This document shows, in pieces, positions 35,281 through 42,344 of a DNA stretch of 42,344 nt. The notes beneath the pieces were generated by a model. It was not told the origin of the DNA. It worked only from the letters and a program-made list of their open reading frames with translations, and searched no databases. The translations under genes and the position numbers were made by a program. Position 1 is the stretch's first letter, and each line of letters starts with the position of its first letter. The DNA is from a virus (taxonomy: Duplodnaviria > Caudoviricetes): positions 1-42,344 of IMG/VR virus record IMGVR_UViG_3300050150_000027. One strand, written 5' to 3'.

Positions 35281-35925
35281 ATGAAGTACTTGAAATACAT
35301 TCTTGCGCTTGCCGCGCTCGCATTCGCCAACCTGACTACCTCCGCGTATGCGCAGACCGTGACTACGTACACCGAGGCGGCAACCGGCAGCACGAAGCAG
35401 GGTACTGGCGTATCCATCATCAGTTCGGGCACCATAGCAGCCGTTTCGCAGGTGGCTGCGGACAACCAGACCGCGCCCGTGGCGCTCAACGTATACTCTG
35501 GCGGGCGCGTATTTAACGGCACCAACTGGGATCGCCAGCGCGGGGACGCGAACGGTACGGTCACGCTGCCGGGGCTGTCCGCGTCATTCTGGCGGTATAC
35601 TCCGCCGACCGGCGGGCTGCTGAATACTACGGTTGGTCAAACGGTCACAGCCGCAGCGGGCGCGGGCGTACGCAACTACATCTGGTCGGGCGAGTGCTGG
35701 TCGGAAGCCCTCGGCACTGCGACGGAGATCGAGTTGCGCGACGGTGCAGCGGGTACGGCCATGTGGCGCAGCAAGATCAGTACCGGCGGCCTGACGGGCG
35801 GCTTCACGCTGAACTTCAACCCGCCGCTCAAGAGTACTGCGAACACTCTGGTGGAGTTCGCGGCAGTCACCGCGAGCGTGACGGGGGCAATCTACTGCTC
35901 CTTTCAAGGTACCACTGGCAGCTAG
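35281..35925 (+). CDS. Beta-rich protein with a Sec-type signal peptide
   Basis: MKYLKYILALAALAFANLTTSAYA-Q (n/h/c regions, AYA cleavage site); Thr/Gly-rich body. Confidence 0.75.
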   Translation: MKYLKYILALAALAFANLTTSAYAQTVTTYTEAATGSTKQGTGVSIISSGTIAAVSQVAADNQTAPVALNVYSGGRVFNGTNWDRQRGDANGTVTLPGLSASFWRYTPPTGGLLNTTVGQTVTAAAGAGVRNYIWSGECWSEALGTATEIELRDGAAGTAMWRSKISTGGLTGGFTLNFNPPLKSTANTLVEFAAVTASVTGAIYCSFQGTTGS

Positions 35926-35944
35926 TCTAGTGGCTTGACAAAAG

Positions 35945-35981
35945 AACCCTCGATGGCTTTAACGGGCTGTCGAGGGTTTTT
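35945..35981 (+). terminator. Intrinsic terminator overlapping the terS RBS
   Basis: AACCCTCGA...TCGAGGGTT plus a T-run; GAGGG sits 7 nt before the ATG at 35984. Confidence 0.65.
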
Positions 35982-35983
35982 CT

Positions 35984-36496
35984 ATGCGCACCGAACAGAC
36001 ACTAGAGCGGCTAGAGGCCGAACTACAGCAGAATTGCGGCGATATGCTGGCGGCTTGTAAAGCTGTCGGTGTGTCGCTGATTTTTGTACGTACTTGGCTC
36101 AAGGACGACGCGAAGGTACGCGACCGGCTAAAAGAAGCCGAGCAAGTTGGTACTCAGGGCCTCGTGAGCGCAGCGATCAAGCGGGCGGTCAACGGCGTCG
36201 AGGAAGACGTATACTACCAAGGCGATGTGGTGGGTACGAAGACCAACTATTCGGACGGCCTACTACAGACGCTTTTAAAGGCAAAGATAGACGAGTTCAA
36301 GCCGGGGGCTGAGGCCGTAGGTGGTGGCATCACGGTGAATATCGCCAATGTCATGCCGCGCGCGTCGAACTACGAAGAGTGGATGGCCATGAAAGAGCGT
36401 ACTCTGGCCCCGCCGCCTGCGCAGCTACCAGCGCCGGAAGAGGCTGAGTACGTGGACGTTACGCCTGTACATGACTTTGGAGGTATTGCGCTATGA
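35984..36496 (+). CDS. terS: Terminase small subunit
   Basis: N-terminal HTH (AACKAVGVS), AIKRAVNGVEE...YSDGLLQTLLKA; upstream of TerL. Confidence 0.8.
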   Translation: MRTEQTLERLEAELQQNCGDMLAACKAVGVSLIFVRTWLKDDAKVRDRLKEAEQVGTQGLVSAAIKRAVNGVEEDVYYQGDVVGTKTNYSDGLLQTLLKAKIDEFKPGAEAVGGGITVNIANVMPRASNYEEWMAMKERTLAPPPAQLPAPEEAEYVDVTPVHDFGGIAL

Positions 36497-36648
36497 CTGA
36501 GAGGTTTCGGGACAAGTTTATCACGCGTGCGGAAGCCGCGATACGCGAACAAGTCGCTTGGAATGATGGCTTTAAAAGCGGTATCTGTATGAGCGTGTTC
36601 GTCGGCATGGTACTGTTGGCCATACTGGTGTGGGCCTACCGTCCGTGA
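36493..36648 (+). CDS. Small membrane protein (51 aa; not in the ORF track)
   Basis: MTERFRDKF...MSVFVGMVLLAILVWAYRP; GGAGG RBS; 4-nt overlaps with terS and terL. Confidence 0.6.
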   Translation: MTERFRDKFITRAEAAIREQVAWNDGFKSGICMSVFVGMVLLAILVWAYRP

Positions 36649-38144
36649 GCATCGTTTCTGCTAGTAATGCGGTACTTGGGGATAAGCCTAACGTAGGCCC
36701 CGGTATTTGGGAGCCGCAGCCCGGCCCGCAGTCACTAGCAGCCGCAGCGCAGTTCGTTGGCGAACTAATGTTCGGCGGCGCGCGTGGCGGCGGTAAGTCC
36801 GATTTCCTGCTAGGCGACTTCATGCAGGATATTGACCTAGGCCCTATATGGCGCGGTATTATTTTCCGGCGTTCGTACCCGGAACTCGAAGAACTTATCA
36901 CCCGCGCCAAGGAAATATATGGGCCGCTTGGCGCGGTGTGGAAGGTAGCTGACAAGACCTTCGTTTTCCCGTCCGGCGCTACTTTAAAGATGCGCCATGT
37001 TGACAGCGAGAGCGACTGCGACAAGTATCAGGGCCACCAGTACACATGGATCGGCTGGGATGAACTTACTAACTGGCCCAATCTAAATTCGTACAAGAAG
37101 ATGAAGGCGTGCTTGCGTTCTGCGCATGGCGTTCCCTTTAAACGTATCCGTTGCTCAGCTAACCCCGGCGGCGTAGGCCACCACGCTGTCAAGGCGTACT
37201 TTGTTGATCCGGCTCCGACCGGAATGGAACTTATCCAGAACATCGACGAAGACGGTACTATCACTACGAAAATGTTTATACCGTCCAAGGTATACGACAA
37301 TAAGAAGCTGCTCGAAAACGATCCGGGCTACATCGCCCGTCTACGTGAACTCGGTAGCCCTGAACTGGTACGTGCGTGGCTTGAGGGTGACTGGTCCGTA
37401 ATCACCGGCGCGTATTTCCCCGAGTTCTCTGTCCAGCGGCACGTACTGGCGCCCTTTAAAATCCCCGCCCACTGGTTGCGCTTTAGGAGTATGGACTGGG
37501 GTTCGGCCACTCCGTTCTGCGTACTGTGGTTTGCAGTGTGTAGCGACGGTTATCAGGTCGAGAACGGGCCATACATACCACAAGGCGCGCTTGTAGTGTA
37601 CCGCGAACTGTACGGGTGGAACGGTACCCCGAACGTGGGCTTGCGGTGGAGCGCCAATAGGGTAGCGCAGGAGATAAAACGGGCGGAGAAGGGCGACAAG
37701 GTAACGTACGGCGTACTCGACCCTAGCGCGTTTAGCAACCATTCTGGTCCGTCGTACGCTGAGCGTATGGCTGTCGAACAGGTAATGTTCCGCAAGGCGG
37801 ATAACAACCGTACTGGTGGTTGGGATATTACGCGGGACCGTTTGTGCGGTATAGATGGCGACCCGGAGGTTAACAACGGCGTGGGTACGCCGATGCTTTA
37901 CTTCTTCTCGGTGTGTGTCCACACGATCCGCACCCTGCCAGCTTTACAGCATGACTTGAACGACCCCGAGGACTGCGATACCGATGGGGAGGACCATGCG
38001 CCCGACACCCTGCGCTATGGGCTTATGTCCCGCCCGTGGCGGCGTCCTAGGCCCGCTGGCCCTGCTGACATAAGCATCAAGCTTTTGCAGCACGCGACCA
38101 TGAATGACCTTTGGGAGGCCCATGAAGCCTCTTTAGAAGAGTAG
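36645..38144 (+). CDS. terL: Terminase large subunit
   Basis: GGARGGGKS Walker A, WIGWDELT Walker B, SANPGG, SMDWG and EDHAPDTLRY nuclease motifs; likely GTG start at 36645. Confidence 0.93.
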   Translation: MSIVSASNAVLGDKPNVGPGIWEPQPGPQSLAAAAQFVGELMFGGARGGGKSDFLLGDFMQDIDLGPIWRGIIFRRSYPELEELITRAKEIYGPLGAVWKVADKTFVFPSGATLKMRHVDSESDCDKYQGHQYTWIGWDELTNWPNLNSYKKMKACLRSAHGVPFKRIRCSANPGGVGHHAVKAYFVDPAPTGMELIQNIDEDGTITTKMFIPSKVYDNKKLLENDPGYIARLRELGSPELVRAWLEGDWSVITGAYFPEFSVQRHVLAPFKIPAHWLRFRSMDWGSATPFCVLWFAVCSDGYQVENGPYIPQGALVVYRELYGWNGTPNVGLRWSANRVAQEIKRAEKGDKVTYGVLDPSAFSNHSGPSYAERMAVEQVMFRKADNNRTGGWDITRDRLCGIDGDPEVNNGVGTPMLYFFSVCVHTIRTLPALQHDLNDPEDCDTDGEDHAPDTLRYGLMSRPWRRPRPAGPADISIKLLQHATMNDLWEAHEASLEE

Positions 38145-38152
38145 GCGTACCG

Positions 38153-40405
38153 ATGGCTAAGACAACCGACGCAGCGACCACTAACCGGCGTTCGTACTGG
38201 CAGCAGGAACTGGAAAAAGCAAAAAAGCGCTTTAAACCGTTTTGGGATGCCGGCGAGCAGGTAACGGATGCGTACCGGTTGCAAAAGTCCGATGGCGCGG
38301 ACGCGGCTTACAAGGATAAGTACAATATTCTGTACTCGTCCACCGAAACTATCAAGCCTAACCTATATGCCCAACGACCGGTACCGCGCGTGCAGCTTCG
38401 CCACAAGGACAGCGCCCCGGCACCCGTGCGTATGTCCGCAGACTTGCTGGAAGGCTGTCTTGCGTACTTGATCGAAGAAGAAGACTTCGACGAACTAATG
38501 GAGAACGCGGTAGAAGACTACCTGCTTCCCGGTATTGGTACCGCATGGGTACGGTACGAGCCTACGTTCGGCGATATGAAGAACGCGGACGGAGAACCCA
38601 CGCTGGACGGACAGGGGCAGCCGGTACAAGAACTCCTTGACGAGCGCATCAAGCTGGACTATGTGTACTGGTCCGACTGGATGGTTGGCGTATCCCGTGG
38701 CTGGAAGACGGTACCGTGGGTATCCCGCAGACTGTGGCTTACGAAAGAAGAGGCTACAAAGCGTTTCGGCAAGAAAAAGGCCGATATGCTGGTGTACGCC
38801 ACCCGTGAGGCTACTGGCCGTAACGAGGATAACCCGTCCGAAACCTGCGAAATTTGGGAGATTTGGGACATTCGTACGCGCAAAGCGTACTGGTTCTCCG
38901 AAAGCTACGCCGAAGACCTGCTAGACGAGGTTGAAGACCCTTTAAAGCTAAAGAACTTCTTCCCGTGCCCGCGTCCGATCCGGGCTATATCAAATACGCG
39001 TACTTTCGTCCCCCGTGCGTTCTATTCTCAGTATAAGTCGCAGGCCGAAACGCTTAATATACTAACCAAGCGTATTCGTCTGCTCGGCGAAGCGTTGCGT
39101 GTCGTCGGTATCTACGATGGTTCCATGACCAAGCTTGCGGACGTACTCAACCCCGCGTCCGGCAACCGTATGATCGGCGTCGATCAGTGGGCTATGTACG
39201 CCCAAAACGGCGGCTTGAAAGGGAGCGTAGACTGGCTCCCGATTGACACGGTAGTAGCGTGCCTTGTGCAGTTGCAGCAGGCACGGGAAATCTGCAAGCA
39301 GGAGATATACGAGGTTACGGGCTTCTCGGACATTGTACGAGGCGTATCCAAGGCATCCGAAACGCTCGGCGCGCAGAACTTGAAGGCCAATTGGGCTGGC
39401 GCACGCGTCAAGAAGATGCAGAAGGAAGTACAGCGATTTGCGCGTGATATTATCGCCATCGCTGGCGAGGTGATCGCAGAGCATTGTAGTATTGAGACTA
39501 TTGCCATGTTCTCCGGTGTCGATATTCCGACACCAGAAGAAATGCAGGCCGATCCCGCCGCGCAGCAACGCTTTAGCATCTTTAAAGCGGCTGTCAGTGC
39601 GCTGAAGAACGAGGCCCGTCGCGTATCCACCGTATCCATCGAAACGGACAGCACTATCCTCGCCGACGAGGAAAGCGAGCGCAAAGATCGTATGGACTTC
39701 CTTGGCGCAGCCGGGGCGTTCTTGCAGCAAGCCGTACCAGCCATGCAGGCTACACCGGAACTAGGCCCGCTACTCGGGGCCATGCTCATGTTTACTGTCC
39801 GTACTTTCCCGTCTTCACGTCCAATCGAAGAAGAGTTCGAGAAGGTGCAAAAAGTACTCGAAAGCAAGGGTCAACAGGGCAACCAGAATACGGACCCGAA
39901 TGGGCACCAAGCAAAAGCGCAGGCCGCTCAGCAGGTGGCGCAGGTACGCGCTCAGACCGAAGGCGCTCGTATACAGGCCGATACGCAAACTGCGCAAGCG
40001 CAGATGCAGGCTGATATGGCCAAAGAGCAGGGACGTATTCAGTACGACAATGCGAAGCTGCAACTTGAATTGCAGAAGGAGCAGAACCGCCACGCCGAGA
40101 AACTTGCCGAACTGCAACTCCGCGAACGGGAAGTATCCGTCAAGGAAGCCGAACTCGGTATCAAGCAGCAGCAGGCCGATACCGCCGCCGAAGTAGCCGA
40201 GCATAGCGCTGCGATGGACGAGCACGGTGCAGCTATGGCCGAAAGCGGAAACGAACGGGAGAACTTTAAAGCGCAGCACGGTGCAAGTATGCAGGAAGCC
40301 GGGCACGAGCAAGAGCAGGAGCGTATGGAGAACGAGAACCAACGGGAGGAAGCACGCGAAGCACGCGAGGCCGAAACCGGGGGCTTGACTGGTGACGGCG
40401 ACTAA
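38153..40405 (+). CDS. Portal protein
   Basis: 750 aa after TerL; FFPCPRP and IYEVTGFSDIVRG motifs; long Q/E-rich C-terminal coiled coil (P22-like barrel). Confidence 0.85.
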   Translation: MAKTTDAATTNRRSYWQQELEKAKKRFKPFWDAGEQVTDAYRLQKSDGADAAYKDKYNILYSSTETIKPNLYAQRPVPRVQLRHKDSAPAPVRMSADLLEGCLAYLIEEEDFDELMENAVEDYLLPGIGTAWVRYEPTFGDMKNADGEPTLDGQGQPVQELLDERIKLDYVYWSDWMVGVSRGWKTVPWVSRRLWLTKEEATKRFGKKKADMLVYATREATGRNEDNPSETCEIWEIWDIRTRKAYWFSESYAEDLLDEVEDPLKLKNFFPCPRPIRAISNTRTFVPRAFYSQYKSQAETLNILTKRIRLLGEALRVVGIYDGSMTKLADVLNPASGNRMIGVDQWAMYAQNGGLKGSVDWLPIDTVVACLVQLQQAREICKQEIYEVTGFSDIVRGVSKASETLGAQNLKANWAGARVKKMQKEVQRFARDIIAIAGEVIAEHCSIETIAMFSGVDIPTPEEMQADPAAQQRFSIFKAAVSALKNEARRVSTVSIETDSTILADEESERKDRMDFLGAAGAFLQQAVPAMQATPELGPLLGAMLMFTVRTFPSSRPIEEEFEKVQKVLESKGQQGNQNTDPNGHQAKAQAAQQVAQVRAQTEGARIQADTQTAQAQMQADMAKEQGRIQYDNAKLQLELQKEQNRHAEKLAELQLREREVSVKEAELGIKQQQADTAAEVAEHSAAMDEHGAAMAESGNERENFKAQHGASMQEAGHEQEQERMENENQREEAREAREAETGGLTGDGD

Positions 40406-40433
40406 TGTTTAAAGCGGATTGAAGGGGTAGACT

Positions 40434-40895
40434 GTGGCATTCGATCTTTACGAATTTCCCGAAAGTTTCAGCGGTCGTAAGACCTATGTAACCGTTCGCG
40501 GGCATTCTAAGTCGATCCCGTGCGTCTACACGTATAAGGGTATGGACGGACGCAACTACGTTCTCCCGGAGTTCGGCGGCGATTGGAGCGGGTACGACAA
40601 CTTTTCGCACGCCGTACAGACGCCGATGATTATGCGCGATATTAGCGGGTACGCATCCCCGATTGATGGCGCGCAGATCACCAGTCGTTCGGAACACCGG
40701 GACCACTTGCGCCGCCACGAAGTAATCGAGGTTGGGAACGAGCGTATAGGGGCACCTCGTCCCGATACTGGCGTCACTAGCAGCGGCTATACGCGCGATC
40801 ATCTTCGGAAGCATATTGAAGAAGTAAAACGGATGCCTCAGGCCGCGTACGAGGAACGTGTCCAGAAGCAGAAATATGAGAGTACTGCGCCATGA
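40434..40895 (+). CDS. Conserved hypothetical protein
   Basis: YASPIDGAQITSRSEHRDHLRRHEVIEVGNE motif; lies between portal and scaffold. Confidence 0.7.
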   Translation: MAFDLYEFPESFSGRKTYVTVRGHSKSIPCVYTYKGMDGRNYVLPEFGGDWSGYDNFSHAVQTPMIMRDISGYASPIDGAQITSRSEHRDHLRRHEVIEVGNERIGAPRPDTGVTSSGYTRDHLRKHIEEVKRMPQAAYEERVQKQKYESTAP

Positions 40896-42007
40896 GTGAT
40901 GATTTCGATTTCGTTTCGGACCTGAACGACAACGGTACTGACCATAGCGATACCGTACGCGTAGCCGACGTTGATACGTCCCATGTTTCCGATACGTCGA
41001 AGATCAAAGTAGATCAGCAGCAGAAGCCGAACGCGGGCGATAAGCCCGTATCGCTGCGCGATCAGATTTCGAGTGCCCTCAAGGGTGACGCCGAGCCTAC
41101 GCCTGAGGCGCAGTCGGGCGATATGCGTGCGCGCAACCCTGATGGTACTTTTGCGGCTGCGGTCCCTGATCCGCAGCCGCAAGTACCCGCCGGTGGCCAA
41201 CCGTCCTCTTCGGTTACGCCCCCGGCGGGTATGGACCCCCAAGTATTCGCCACGCTTCCGGCGGAAACGCAAGTTCAGCTTGCGCGTACTATGGAGCATG
41301 TGAATAACCAAGCGGCTCGTTTCGCCGCATACGAACAGATCGAACACACAATAGCCCCACGCCGTCAGGCTTGGGCGCTTAATGGTATGTCGGAGGCGCA
41401 GGCCGTCAACCAGTTGTTCGCCCTTTCGGATTTCGCTACAACCGATCCGGTAGGGTTCGTCAAGTACTTTGCGCAGAATAACGGCGTTGACCTCGAAGAA
41501 GTAGTATTCGGCGAAGACCCCGGCGACCCAGAACTGAATGCTTTAAAGCAAGAGTTGGCCAACGTCAAAGGCCAACTCAACGGCTTTAACCAGCAGCAGC
41601 AACACGCGCAGCACACTCAGACAGTAGACGAAGTATCAGACTTCTTTCTGCAAAAAGACGCCGGGGGAAACCGCCTGCGTCCGTATGCAGAGGAAATCGG
41701 AAACTCTCTAACCTCGTACGTCGAACTTGCGTTGCGCGAGAACCCCAACCGCCCACGCGCAGAAATCCTACAGGATGGCTACGAACGGGCGTGCTGGGCG
41801 ATCCCTTCTGTGCGTACGAAACTTCAGCAAGTGAATAACGAAGCTGCGGAAGCAGAACGTATTCGCCTTGCGCAGGAACGTACGTCGAAGGCACGCGCTG
41901 CCGGAAGTAGCGTTTCCTCTGGCGTGCCGACCGCAGCACCCACTAATGTTGCGGACGGGAGCCTTACGTTGCGTGATACTATCCGCGCGAGCATGAACGC
42001 CGGTTGA
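40892..42007 (+). CDS. Capsid scaffolding protein
   Basis: Acidic and helical; SLRDQI...RNPDGTFA and terminal TLRDTIRASM; immediately before the capsid gene. Confidence 0.75.
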   Translation: MSDDFDFVSDLNDNGTDHSDTVRVADVDTSHVSDTSKIKVDQQQKPNAGDKPVSLRDQISSALKGDAEPTPEAQSGDMRARNPDGTFAAAVPDPQPQVPAGGQPSSSVTPPAGMDPQVFATLPAETQVQLARTMEHVNNQAARFAAYEQIEHTIAPRRQAWALNGMSEAQAVNQLFALSDFATTDPVGFVKYFAQNNGVDLEEVVFGEDPGDPELNALKQELANVKGQLNGFNQQQQHAQHTQTVDEVSDFFLQKDAGGNRLRPYAEEIGNSLTSYVELALRENPNRPRAEILQDGYERACWAIPSVRTKLQQVNNEAAEAERIRLAQERTSKARAAGSSVSSGVPTAAPTNVADGSLTLRDTIRASMNAG

Positions 42008-42035
42008 CGCAACCACTTTAAAGGAGTACGCAGCT

Positions 42036-42344
42036 ATGGCTGTCCCCAATCTCTCGGAAATCGTCACTACCACCATCGAGAACCGCTCGAAGTCGGTGGC
42101 TGACAACGTATCCAAGTCGCACGCGCTGCTTGATCGTCTCGAACGCAAGGGCAAGGCGAAGCCTGCCGATGGCGGTCGCCGTATCGTGCAGGAAATCGAG
42201 TTCGGCGAAAACGGCACTTTCGGCTGGTACTCGGGGTACGATACCCTGAATATCTCGCCGCAGGAAGTCTTCTCGGCGGCTGAGTACGACTGGAAGCAGT
42301 GCGCTGTCGCGGTGTCCATTTCGGGCCTCGAACAGCTCATGAAC
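42036..42344 (+). CDS. Major capsid protein, 5' part (continues across the junction to 818)
   Basis: AAGGAG RBS and ATG at 42036; open to the window end and in frame with ORF 120-818. Confidence 0.85.
   Translation, partial: MAVPNLSEIVTTTIENRSKSVADNVSKSHALLDRLERKGKAKPADGGRRIVQEIEFGENGTFGWYSGYDTLNISPQEVFSAAEYDWKQCAVAVSISGLEQLMN
42193..42344 (+). repeat. Terminal overlap, copy 2
   Basis: Matches 1-152 with one mismatch. Confidence 0.95.

Larger units (their letters stand above)
1..42344. mobile_element. Complete podovirus-like bacteriophage genome (42,192 bp unit length, circular assembly)
   Basis: Full packaging, head, tail, lysis and replication gene set. The ends overlap by 152 nt and the capsid ORF reads through the junction in frame. 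Confidence 0.95.

Noticed and set aside
836-42022. TTTAAAG/TTTAAAC as programmed -1 frameshift heptamers
   Set aside because: About 80 copies occur in several frames, in intergenic DNA and inside conserved enzymes. The palindromic C...G flanks argue for a double-stranded DNA signal.
1-42344. Phage-encoded methyltransferase explaining the TTTAAA/GTAC excess; tRNA genes; alternative genetic code
   Set aside because: No methyltransferase catalytic or SAM-binding motifs and no cloverleaf were recognised by eye, and genes tile densely under the standard code. HMM and tRNA scans are still needed to exclude divergent cases.

Overview
The window is one complete, circularly assembled dsDNA tailed-phage genome of 42,192 bp; positions 1-152 recur at 42193-42344 and split the major capsid gene. 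It has two arms. The + strand late arm (35281 through the junction to 14647) encodes terminase, portal, scaffold, capsid, short-tail (podovirus-type) tail proteins, ejection proteins, tail fibre and lysis genes. The - strand early/middle arm (34475 to 14757) encodes small early genes, a SprT-like protease, a MoxR-type AAA+ ATPase with a vWA-like partner, an AEP primase-helicase, two candidate anti-defence proteins and a DUF2800/DUF2815/PolA/VRR-NUC/SNF2 replication module. An AT-rich control region (about 34500-35280) separates the arms. I found no integrase, repressor, RNA polymerase, methyltransferase, tRNA or CRISPR array. GTTC-N7-GTTC boxes and the promoter style point to an alphaproteobacterial host (inference). 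The strongest unexplained signal is a genome-wide iterated palindrome: about 82 TTTAAA sites, 44 of them the full CTTTAAAG, in a GC-rich genome. They are quasi-regularly spaced and written into genes with rare codons, and GTAC is also in excess. All counts were made by eye and family assignments come from motif recognition, not database searches.
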